Positions 8,442 to 16,049 are shown, numbered from the stretch's first letter. The stretch is DNA of 20,000 nucleotides from an uncultured virus (IMG/VR IMGVR_UViG_3300042294_004663) (IMGVR_UViG_3300042294_004663); one strand, 5' to 3'. A program made the numbers and translations. The notes: generated by a model from the sequence alone, not told the origin.

Positions 8442-8482
8442 AGCTCCTAAATTTTTTTAAATCGACAGGCTATGAATCTGTC
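8439..8482 (-). ncRNA. Candidate structured cis-regulatory RNA (H-type pseudoknot)
   Basis: P1 GACAG/CTGTC, loop ATTCATAGC, 19-nt A-rich linker, P2 CATAGC/GCTGTG overlapping the terminator 5' arm. No Rfam family recognised. Confidence 0.35.
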
Positions 8483-8488
8483 TATATA

Positions 8489-8845
8489 TTATAGTTTTTT
8501 AACTGATTTAACTCCTGTTACTGTGTATCCAAGATCAAGGAATTCTCCAGTTTCTGGATGGGTGTTAAATATGTCAGTTAAATAGTTTTGGATGGATTTA
8601 TTTCCCTCATATTTGTCAAGATCATCTTGGGTAATAGAGATGGTTGTTTCATCTATTTCTTTTTCCCCATACATATTTCGAGCACGATATTCAACTTCAT
8701 ATGCTGCCCCCAATTCAAGGTCTTCTAAATATGAAGGTTGATTTTGTCTATCTTGAATAGCCTTTTCATAACTCCATGATGATTCTTCACTTAAAGCATG
8801 TTTAAGTTCCTCTTTTACTAATTCTTTTAAGCCTTCTAGCTTCAT
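8489..8845 (-). CDS. Hypothetical protein with LKELVKEE leader
   Basis: 118 aa; ATGA overlap with the upstream gene. Confidence 0.7.
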   Translation of the reverse strand: MKLEGLKELVKEELKHALSEESSWSYEKAIQDRQNQPSYLEDLELGAAYEVEYRARNMYGEKEIDETTISITQDDLDKYEGNKSIQNYLTDIFNTHPETGEFLDLGYTVTGVKSVKKL

Positions 8846-9102
8846 GATTTATATATTTTTAATTTTAAAGTACCAGTTCCTTTAATAACTCTATGCCATT
8901 CGTGTCTTGGTATAAATATACGTTCTTTTAGGGAGGTAGGCAAGTTATTGTCTAATTGCAGTTGCCAATCTGTATCTTCTAAAATTTCAACTGTTCTATC
9001 TTCATCATCACGGTGCCATAGTAGTTCAATTGGGTCTATATTTTCGTTGAATTCACGAATAATATATTTATCAGTAACTTCTATATCAGTGTATGGGGTC
9101 AT
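8842..9102 (-). CDS. Small cupin-fold protein
   Basis: WHRDDEDR...WQLQ...IFIPRHEWHRVIKG cupin-like His motifs. Start reassigned to ATG 9102 (MTPYTD), which forms an ATGA overlap with the upstream stop. Confidence 0.65.
   Translation of the reverse strand: MTPYTDIEVTDKYIIREFNENIDPIELLWHRDDEDRTVEILEDTDWQLQLDNNLPTSLKERIFIPRHEWHRVIKGTGTLKLKIYKS
8913..8944 (-). promoter_or_regulatory. Gene-internal Bacteroidota-type promoter (CTTG-N20-TATATTTA)
   Basis: CTTG at 8944-8941, TATATTTA at 8920-8913; same geometry as 8399-8430 and 13055-13086; 67 nt upstream of ATG 8845. Confidence 0.45.
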
Positions 9103-9536
9103 TCTCCTTTGCGTTCTTGCCACTCGTAAGATATACTATCTTTTTCAATAGGACCACCTTTAGCCCAAGTTCTACAAGTACGTGCTGAGTGGCATTTGAA
9201 ACTATGCATCCAACAATATCCTAATCTGCCATCATCATCTGATAATGGGCCAGGCATACAATCTTCCATTCTTGGAGAAATATCAAATGCGGCACAATTA
9301 CCACATAAAGATTGTTGAGCAGCTTCAACTGTTGTGTCCCAATGTTCTGCTAATTCATCCCAATAATCTCCAGGTTCATCAACATTTAAAGGGCCATATT
9401 TAATATAATCAGCTTTAATAGACGAATCTCTATTCTGAGTGTTAAGTTCTAAATCTTGAGTAGGTAAAGGGCAAGCTATTGCTGCTTCATATAATTTACC
9501 TTCAGCTAAATATTTTTTTAGATCAAATATATCCAT
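9099..9536 (-). CDS. Cys-rich hypothetical protein, putative metal/Fe-S binding, with MDIFDLKKYLAE leader
   Basis: 145 aa with 7 Cys, including CGNC, GYC, FKC and RTC. Confidence 0.7.
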   Translation of the reverse strand: MDIFDLKKYLAEGKLYEAAIACPLPTQDLELNTQNRDSSIKADYIKYGPLNVDEPGDYWDELAEHWDTTVEAAQQSLCGNCAAFDISPRMEDCMPGPLSDDDGRLGYCWMHSFKCHSARTCRTWAKGGPIEKDSISYEWQERKGE

Positions 9537-9549
9537 AATTTATTTATAA

Positions 9550-9900
9550 TTATATAGCACAATTAATAGCAGAAGTCAATATTTTCATTTGAGCTTCTTC
9601 TAATTCAACATTTTTTGGAGATTGTGTTCTAAAAAAACGTAATAACTCATCATAATTTTTACAAAGGTCCTTTGTTAATTCTTCTTCAGTTTTATGTTCT
9701 TTAAAACCACCTTGAGGATATCCTGATCCAGGAAGAATAAGTTTACCTGATTTATCAAAGGCTATATTATCTCCTAATGAACGGGGGATTTTATTTTTAA
9801 AATAAGCAGGAAAAAATTTATTATTAGAAGTAATTATTCCAATGGTTTCTATTTCCTTGTCTAAATCTATTTCTTTTAATATGTCTATTAATTTAATCAT
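9550..9900 (-). CDS. Hypothetical protein with MIKLIDILKE leader
   Basis: Start reassigned from 9915 to ATG 9900, which gives an ATGA overlap with the upstream stop and exposes the shared leader. Confidence 0.7.
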   Translation of the reverse strand: MIKLIDILKEIDLDKEIETIGIITSNNKFFPAYFKNKIPRSLGDNIAFDKSGKLILPGSGYPQGGFKEHKTEEELTKDLCKNYDELLRFFRTQSPKNVELEEAQMKILTSAINCAI

Positions 9901-10475
9901 TTTGTTTTTCCCCATTTTTTACCTTTACCAGGTGTTTTACATTGTGCTGCTGTAGGGCGACATGAAGGGTATTTTGAGCGGATTTCTCCTTTTTCTCTAC
10001 CACATGCTTTACATTTTGTTTTACCGTCTACTTCGCGGCAAGTATTGCAATCAACCCATCCACCTTTTTTACCAGGTTCACCTTTACGTTTAAACCAATT
10101 GCGAAGAGTTTCTTTAACTTTTTCTTGAATTAATTCTTCTGTAACTTTAGAAAATCCAGATCCATAAGGAGCGGCTTTACCTGCTTGAGGGTCCTCTGCT
10201 TCTTTAACACCTTTCCAAATATTACCTTTACGACATCTAACTACAGCACCAGATTTGTAAGCCGATGGTTTATCAAATTTACGGTCAGCAATACGTAAAC
10301 ATCTATCGCGTTTTGATTTTTCCTCTTTTAATTCCTCTGGAGTATTATCATAACTGCATTTATGGCAAGTATATAAATCATCTCCGCCGTCTTTAATTTT
10401 CCATCTCCAACCGCAATTGTCACAAATAATTTCCACATTTGTTACTAATTCTTTAAGTATGTTAATTAGTTTCAT
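9897..10475 (-). CDS. Modular basic, Cys-rich hypothetical protein (Zn ribbon plus small basic modules)
   Basis: Leader MKLINILKE; CDNC...CHKC ribbon; PSAYKSGAVVRCRKG module; LRNWFK..GGWVDC..CGR..KYPSCRP module. Confidence 0.75.
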   Translation of the reverse strand: MKLINILKELVTNVEIICDNCGWRWKIKDGGDDLYTCHKCSYDNTPEELKEEKSKRDRCLRIADRKFDKPSAYKSGAVVRCRKGNIWKGVKEAEDPQAGKAAPYGSGFSKVTEELIQEKVKETLRNWFKRKGEPGKKGGWVDCNTCREVDGKTKCKACGREKGEIRSKYPSCRPTAAQCKTPGKGKKWGKTK

Positions 10476-10476
10476 A

Positions 10477-11415
10477 TCACCAGAATCCTGAAAATGAAGA
10501 TTTCAATCCAAGTAATTTAGCGTATCTTGGTAGGCGACAAGACCAATATGATGGTTTTGTTCTATCTTTTTTATTTTTACAATCGTGACGTGCAGCAAAT
10601 GCTCTACGTGCTTTTGGATCGTTTATTTTAGCAGACATACCCGCTTGACCAAATGATACTTTTTTAACTTTACCTTTATCTCTTACGTAAACGTAGAATT
10701 TTTTAGATCCACCACGTTTTGGTTTTCCAATTGGTGGAGTTTTTTTATCTGTTTCATTTATGTAACTATCAGAGCCATCATCATATCCTTCAGGTCCTTT
10801 ATATGCTGGGGAATTTTTAGATTCATTTATATTTAATAAATCATCATATTCAAAATACACACCATAGTCTTTAAGGATGTTTTTTATTTCATCCATGTCA
10901 ATTGAATCTTTTTTAAATTCAAGTTCTAAATCTTTATATAATGGAGAGTTCTTTTCACCTTTTTCTATTACTCGAGTCATAATATCCGTTAACGGGATTT
11001 CATTAGCTCTAATTTTTAATAAATTATTTATTTCATATTCAGCTAACATAGGTAAACCTAAAGGTACTCGAACACCTTCATACATTCCATAGTTACCTAA
11101 ATCAGTTTCCTCTAAAATTTCTTTATCATCATCACTTACATGAATAATTTCACGTAAATATAAAGCACGAGCTTCTGCCCATAAGTTAAGAAATGCTTCT
11201 GATCCGTATCGGAAAGTATTTTCAGTAAGTGGGATTTGATTTGTTACATGGTATTGTAAATTTTCAGATAGTATCTGTTTCGGAGCTATACTTTCATTTA
11301 GCATAACACCAGATTTACCAGTAGTTTTACACTTATTACACCCACAACTACACTTTTTTTTAGTTGTGTCTTGAAGAGTTTCTTTGATTAATTTTTTAAG
11401 ACGTGTTTTATCCAT
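10477..11415 (-). CDS. Modular hypothetical protein with basic C-terminal domain
   Basis: Leader MDKTRLKKLIKE, CSCGCNKC, and C-terminal KKFYVYV...KKVSFG...RRAFAARHDC...SYWSC domain of a type seen in T4-like phage hypothetical proteins. Confidence 0.75.
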   Translation of the reverse strand: MDKTRLKKLIKETLQDTTKKKCSCGCNKCKTTGKSGVMLNESIAPKQILSENLQYHVTNQIPLTENTFRYGSEAFLNLWAEARALYLREIIHVSDDDKEILEETDLGNYGMYEGVRVPLGLPMLAEYEINNLLKIRANEIPLTDIMTRVIEKGEKNSPLYKDLELEFKKDSIDMDEIKNILKDYGVYFEYDDLLNINESKNSPAYKGPEGYDDGSDSYINETDKKTPPIGKPKRGGSKKFYVYVRDKGKVKKVSFGQAGMSAKINDPKARRAFAARHDCKNKKDRTKPSYWSCRLPRYAKLLGLKSSFSGFW

Positions 11416-11418
11416 ATC

Positions 11419-11427
11419 TATAAATAT
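11419..11427 (-). promoter_or_regulatory. ATATTTATA motif
   Basis: Occupies most of the 11-bp intergenic gap, 3 nt upstream of ATG 11415. Confidence 0.45.
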
Positions 11428-11942
11428 TATGGAAAGTAACTGAATTCAGGGAGGGTTGTTTCTAATTCAAGAAATGTAGGGGTTTTAATGATACCTCTAT
11501 GAGATAAAAGGTTGGCTCTGTATTCATCCCAAATTTTATTTAGACCCTGATTAAATGAAAGTGCTCGTTTAATTTTATGAGATTCACCATCTTGGTTATA
11601 AAAATACTTTATAGTTTCATCATTACATTTTGTTTTAATAATTAGATCAGTATTAAAATTAGATAATTCTAAACCTTTTCTTAATAACCTAAAACATAAA
11701 GTACCTTCAATTATTATTTTATTTCCTCTTCTTTGATGCCAAGTAACATCACCCATAAAAGCTTCTAATGGATCTTTTAATTCTAAGTACTCATCAGAAA
11801 CAAATAAGGGACGATCTAGTTCTTGAGCTAATTTTTTAGCTATGGGGAGTTTACCTGTTTTAGTATAACCTAAAACTACTATAGTATTAAAATTTGAGCA
11901 ATGTTGAATTAGTTGAGGAGTAACTAAGTCTGCTGGTTTCAT
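11427..11942 (-). CDS. P-loop NTPase / nucleotide kinase-like protein
   Basis: IVVLGYTKTGK Walker A followed by AKKLAQEL helix, FVSD and IIIEG strands, as in the NMP/shikimate kinase fold. Confidence 0.65.
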   Translation of the reverse strand: MKPADLVTPQLIQHCSNFNTIVVLGYTKTGKLPIAKKLAQELDRPLFVSDEYLELKDPLEAFMGDVTWHQRRGNKIIIEGTLCFRLLRKGLELSNFNTDLIIKTKCNDETIKYFYNQDGESHKIKRALSFNQGLNKIWDEYRANLLSHRGIIKTPTFLELETTLPEFSYFP

Positions 11943-13036
11943 AAGGTAAAATAAATATTATTTTTTAAACCTTTTGTCATATCCCAAAGTAAAGCTTCAG
12001 CTGAACGTTTAGCTCCAATATATCCTCGTTTATGATGCCATGAATCTGTAGCTGATAAGGAGTTAAAGTATCGGATAATAACACCCTGGTATTCTTCAGT
12101 GGATTTAAATTTAATTTCTTTTTTACGGTGTTCATGTCCTAAATGGAATTCTCTAAATGTTGATAATGCCCATTCAGTTGGTTTTTCATTAGCCATAATT
12201 AAAGGTAAATCTGTTACTTTTTCTTCATTACCATGTGTGTAACCAATTAATACTTCGCCGTATTTGTAATATTTTCTAGGGTTCGCGGAATTATCTACAG
12301 TTACGTTTTCATTATTGTAAAACCAACTTTCTAATGAATCCCCCAAATAAAAGTTTCTTTCAAAATCATGGTTACCAGGAACCATAATGACATCTACAGG
12401 GGCAATTTGTTGAAGTTTATTTATTGCTTCTACTAATAATTGTCTACCTAATCTAAATGTTTTTTGCCATCTTGCATCTTCTTCTTGAGGAGTGCCTTTA
12501 GTTGTACTGTTATAAGGGAATGATCTGTCTGAATTAAAAAAATCGTTTCCTATAGGGAAAACGATTCGTCCTATATTTTTGTTAGATACTTCATCTAAAA
12601 ATTCTTCAATACAACTATTAAAAATATTACTTGCTATATCTAAGTTATAATCATGGTTAGTTTCTTCAGACCATGCTATTTTACCTAAGTGTAAGTCAAA
12701 TATATTAAGTTCTAACAGTAATGGGTATTTATCTACTTTTTGTTTGTAGTTTATTTTTTCAACTTTAGGAGATAATTTTTTAATATCTTCAATAAATTCT
12801 TCTCGAATATTGCTTAATACAGCTGATTGTTTGTTTTTTAACCAAACTTTAACTTGAAATAAAGGTGTAGTAACAATTTTATTGTCTGGTCCTTTAGCTC
12901 CTACTTCCCAAGTATTTATTACTTGTTTTTCAATTTCCCACTCATCTAACGATATTGAGTATATGTTAAGTAAATCATCTACAGTAACAATACGTTGAGT
13001 AACTTCTGATGATAGAATTTTGGTGCTATCTTCCAT
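11939..13036 (-). CDS. Calcineurin-like metallophosphoesterase
   Basis: All five motifs: DLHLG, GNDFF, GNHD, THG, GHEH. Confidence 0.9.
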   Translation of the reverse strand: MEDSTKILSSEVTQRIVTVDDLLNIYSISLDEWEIEKQVINTWEVGAKGPDNKIVTTPLFQVKVWLKNKQSAVLSNIREEFIEDIKKLSPKVEKINYKQKVDKYPLLLELNIFDLHLGKIAWSEETNHDYNLDIASNIFNSCIEEFLDEVSNKNIGRIVFPIGNDFFNSDRSFPYNSTTKGTPQEEDARWQKTFRLGRQLLVEAINKLQQIAPVDVIMVPGNHDFERNFYLGDSLESWFYNNENVTVDNSANPRKYYKYGEVLIGYTHGNEEKVTDLPLIMANEKPTEWALSTFREFHLGHEHRKKEIKFKSTEEYQGVIIRYFNSLSATDSWHHKRGYIGAKRSAEALLWDMTKGLKNNIYFTL

Positions 13037-13054
13037 AATAACTAATTTTAAGAA

Positions 13055-13086
13055 TAAATATACAGATTGGATTTAAGAAAACCAAG
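13055..13086 (-). promoter_or_regulatory. Bacteroidota-type promoter (CTTG-N20-TATATTTA)
   Basis: CTTG at 13086-13083 and TATATTTA at 13062-13055, inside the 54-bp intergenic gap before the phosphoesterase. Confidence 0.6.
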
Positions 13087-13090
13087 TATT

Positions 13091-13567
13091 TTAGGCTTCT
13101 GCTGGTGTTTCTTCAGGGGTTTCTTCTTTTGGGGGTTCAACTCCTGGTAATTCTGCTCCTATATCGGTTGTATCTCCACCTTCAGGTGCTGTTTCTTCTT
13201 CAGCTTTTACTCCGTAGCGTAAAATATTTGCAATAGCAAGTGCTGCTCTTTCTTCTTCAGGTAAATTTAGTAAGTAATATTTTTTGCCTTCTACCTGTGC
13301 AATCCAACTACGTTTACCATAAATCAAATAAAAACTTTGTCCATTTTCTAAATTAATACGAAACGTAGTAGGACGTGGAGCAACCCAATCAATTGATGAT
13401 AAAAAATTATCATACTCAAGAGTTAATAAATCAACAATAACTTTTTTAAGTTCAGGAAATTTAGTTAACTCATCATACTCAATAGCTTCTTCAGGTGTTA
13501 CTGTATTAGCTGAGTAGACTTGTTTAGTTAAGTTCTTGATTCGATCTATTAATTGGTCGCGAGTCAT
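13091..13567 (-). CDS. Hypothetical protein with acidic C-terminal tail
   Basis: 158 aa; globular core IDWVAPRPTTFRINL...VEGKKYYLLNL; TAATG overlap with the upstream stop. Confidence 0.75.
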   Translation of the reverse strand: MTRDQLIDRIKNLTKQVYSANTVTPEEAIEYDELTKFPELKKVIVDLLTLEYDNFLSSIDWVAPRPTTFRINLENGQSFYLIYGKRSWIAQVEGKKYYLLNLPEEERAALAIANILRYGVKAEEETAPEGGDTTDIGAELPGVEPPKEETPEETPAEA

Positions 13568-14502
13568 TATTTATTTTTAAGTTTAGCTAAAATAGCTTCT
13601 TTAATTTTTTTCTTAGTTTTATCTTTAGCAGATAAATAAGCAGCTACAGCCATTTCATCTTTTTTTCCCTTAGATTTATTTTGAAATTGTGGCGCATCAG
13701 ATTTTCTAAAATCATCAACATATGCACCTGCACCCATAGAAGGTTTTAATTTTTCGTCAATTGCTTCTTCTTCAGAAGCTACATCAACCATAGCATCAAT
13801 CTTTGGTTCTTCTAGTTCAAATTCAAGGTAATGTTTTGCAGAAGAAATCATATTTTTAGCTGATGTGATTTTAGATTGCCACCAAGCAGGAAAATCTACT
13901 TCTTGGGGACCTTCAAATTGGTCAACCATTTTATATAATTCCATAGCATATTTACCTATTCGGGCAAGTTCACCTTTAATCATATGTGGTTCATCATCTT
14001 CATGTCCTAAATCAAGATCTTCAGATAATGTGTTTTCGTTTAATTTCATATCTAAAGAAAGAGCCAGTTCTTGTTTGAATTCTTCTAATTCTTCATCTGT
14101 TAAATCCTTAAATATTTTTTCACGTAAAAGAGCAACAATTTTTTTAGCTCGATCTTGACCTTTTCCTTCAGTCATTTTTTTCTTATCTTGAGCTGCTTTT
14201 TTCATAGGTTCTTTACGATCATCATCATTATCAAGATCTAAATAGTCAGGTTTAAAGTTTGATTTAACTTTTTTCTTTTCAGTTAAAGCATCAATAACCA
14301 TTTCTTTTAATTTAGAATTTTCCATTGTTATATCAGGTGTTATTTCTTTAGCTTTTTTCTTTTTTTGGTTATTGACGGCGATACTATAAGCATATAATTC
14401 GCCGTCAGAACCTTTTTCATTGTTAAGTTTTTCTAAACGACTACTAATGATAGACTTAAATTTCTTCATTATTTCTTGAGAGTCTTGAGAATTGAAGTCC
14501 AT
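13567..14502 (-). CDS. Modular hypothetical protein; candidate prohead core/internal protein
   Basis: 311 aa; modules PDYLDLDNDDDRKEPMKKA, DLDLGHEDDEPHM...FPAWWQSKIT and DDFRKSDAPQF...MAVAAY separated by LTE/MTE/LNE/LSE/IDE sites. Confidence 0.75.
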   Translation of the reverse strand: MDFNSQDSQEIMKKFKSIISSRLEKLNNEKGSDGELYAYSIAVNNQKKKKAKEITPDITMENSKLKEMVIDALTEKKKVKSNFKPDYLDLDNDDDRKEPMKKAAQDKKKMTEGKGQDRAKKIVALLREKIFKDLTDEELEEFKQELALSLDMKLNENTLSEDLDLGHEDDEPHMIKGELARIGKYAMELYKMVDQFEGPQEVDFPAWWQSKITSAKNMISSAKHYLEFELEEPKIDAMVDVASEEEAIDEKLKPSMGAGAYVDDFRKSDAPQFQNKSKGKKDEMAVAAYLSAKDKTKKKIKEAILAKLKNK

Positions 14503-14516
14503 TATAGTAGGTTTAA

Positions 14517-14687
14517 TTAAGCTTTGTCTTCTGCAGTTGATGTCTTTTTGAAATCTGCTGCAAGTTTTTTAATGCTATTAGCTGCACTACGTGCACGTCC
14601 GCGAGCTGCTTTTGATGTTTTAGCATGCTCAGCTTCCATAATAGCAACTTGTTCTTTGATTGCGTCTAAAAGTTGTGTTGTGTTCAT
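14517..14687 (-). CDS. Histone H1-like (Hc1-family) small DNA-binding protein
   Basis: Below the ORF-track size cutoff. 56 aa MNTTQLLDAIKEQVAIMEAEHAKTSKAARGRARSAANSIKKLAADFKKTSTAEDKA; the KAAxxRAR...KL..xFxKxS pattern matches Bacteroidota Hc1-like proteins. It fills the gap on the coding strand. Confidence 0.8.
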   Translation of the reverse strand: MNTTQLLDAIKEQVAIMEAEHAKTSKAARGRARSAANSIKKLAADFKKTSTAEDKA

Positions 14688-14716
14688 AGATTTTATTGTT
14701 TATAGATTATTAAATA

Positions 14717-15421
14717 TTAGTTTTCATCACCCCCAATATATTCGCTAACGAAAAATTTAAGTGTGTTTCCAACTTGTGTTTCAAGTTTTTCATTGCCCAT
14801 TCCTTTAGCAATTTTAAAGGCTTTCATTAATGAATCCATTAATTCACCTTCAGTACCTTCCATATCAGCAGCGATATCTTCTAAACCACCATCAGCAGCA
14901 GGTACATCTTCAGCACCCGTTCCTTCATCATCAGTAGCAAGTACATCTTCAGTATCAGTTACTTCAACGTCTTCAACGTCTTCAACTTCTTCATCTTTTT
15001 TCTTTTTAGCTTCTTCTAATTCATCCTCTGGGGTATCAATGTCAAAAAAATAATTAGAGTAGTCATCATCTAATTCAGGGTTAATTCCATATTTAGTTTT
15101 TCTATCTTCTAATTCATAGTCTTCATCATTATCTTCTTCAAGAGTAGGATCCATCATATCTGTAGCTGTTTCTTCTTTTACTCCAGCCATGTGAAGAGCT
15201 AAATCAGTTGAGTCTCCTTTTTCAGCACGTACAGTAGCATCTTCAAGATCTTCTCCTTCTAACTCAGCAATAATCATTTCTTTGATTTTTGCTTTTATTT
15301 TATTTTTGGTCATTTTTTTATCCATTGGCATCTCATTTTCATTAAGTGCCTTAATTGAAGGATTTAAATTCTCAATAGCTTTGCTTTCCTTTAAGAATTT
15401 TTTTAAATCAAAATTATCCAT
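14717..15421 (-). CDS. Highly acidic hypothetical protein with MDNFDLKKFLKE leader; candidate scaffold/internal protein
   Basis: 234 aa, very D/E rich; ATATTTATA upstream at 15445-15453. Confidence 0.75.
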   Translation of the reverse strand: MDNFDLKKFLKESKAIENLNPSIKALNENEMPMDKKMTKNKIKAKIKEMIIAELEGEDLEDATVRAEKGDSTDLALHMAGVKEETATDMMDPTLEEDNDEDYELEDRKTKYGINPELDDDYSNYFFDIDTPEDELEEAKKKKDEEVEDVEDVEVTDTEDVLATDDEGTGAEDVPAADGGLEDIAADMEGTEGELMDSLMKAFKIAKGMGNEKLETQVGNTLKFFVSEYIGGDEN

Positions 15422-15422
15422 A

Positions 15423-16049
15423 TTATTTTTTCTTGTTATTTGTGTATAAATATTCAGAGAGAAGTGTTCCTATAACTCCTACTTTTTGTCTAATAAAAGA
15501 CCATTCGTCTCTTATTAGGTGATGTGATTCTTTAAACGATATACCTAATATACCAATTAAATGATCATCCAAACTATATAAACCAAGTATACAAATAGAC
15601 TTAGTACCAAATTGAAGTGTTAAATGTTCTAAACCGTATGTATCTTCTGATATGGAAACATCATCAATAGCTAATTCTGTATCTTTGTATATTTTAGCTA
15701 GCACTCTAGGAAATAAAGATACGGGGATATTTTGAAATGTGTGTTGAATATTTGGAATATTTGGAGCTGTTTTTTCATGAAAAAATGAAAATTTTTGAAT
15801 TGATTTTCCAGTAGGATAAAAATGCCCACCGTTATGAAATTGAGCTAACCAAATACGATCACAATTAAGTTCATCCATAATTGCATCTAATTGATCTTCT
15901 ATTAAATTAGAAGCTTCAAGGGCTTCACGTACAGGAGTTTTAGTATCTTTTTTCTCCATTTTAAGTTTTACCCAGTTTACTATAATAGGCCCAATTACAG
16001 CAGTAATTAAGGCTACAATTATAGTAGTAAACATTGCAAAAGTATCCAT
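15423..16049 (-). CDS. Single-TM plus GAF-like domain protein; putative holin (T4 gpT-like architecture)
   Basis: N-terminal TM (IIVALITAVIGPIIV), then CDRIWLAQFHNG...GTKSICILGLYSLDDHLIGILGISF, a GAF-type strand pattern. Confidence 0.5.
   Translation of the reverse strand: MDTFAMFTTIIVALITAVIGPIIVNWVKLKMEKKDTKTPVREALEASNLIEDQLDAIMDELNCDRIWLAQFHNGGHFYPTGKSIQKFSFFHEKTAPNIPNIQHTFQNIPVSLFPRVLAKIYKDTELAIDDVSISEDTYGLEHLTLQFGTKSICILGLYSLDDHLIGILGISFKESHHLIRDEWSFIRQKVGVIGTLLSEYLYTNNKKK

Noticed and set aside
8445..8482. Assignment of the intergenic RNA as a preQ1-I or SAM/SAH riboswitch
   Set aside because: Overall shape is similar, but the conserved U after P1 (preQ1-I) and the GCUUC/GGAGC pairing (SAM/SAH) are not properly matched; kept only as an unclassified candidate.
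8483..8502. Frameshift or read-through signal before the pseudoknot (GTT AAA AAA CTA TAA)
   Set aside because: No in-frame X XXY YYZ heptamer, the spacer is too long, and a terminator follows with no extended ORF.
14524..14748. Plus-strand 74-aa ORF from the track
   Set aside because: Antisense shadow of the Hc1-like gene (14517-14687, minus); non-ATG start and opposite to all neighbours.
14962..14988. 9-bp repeat cttcaacgt x2-3
   Set aside because: Simply encodes low-complexity acidic EDV repeats; not a CRISPR array or regulatory repeat.
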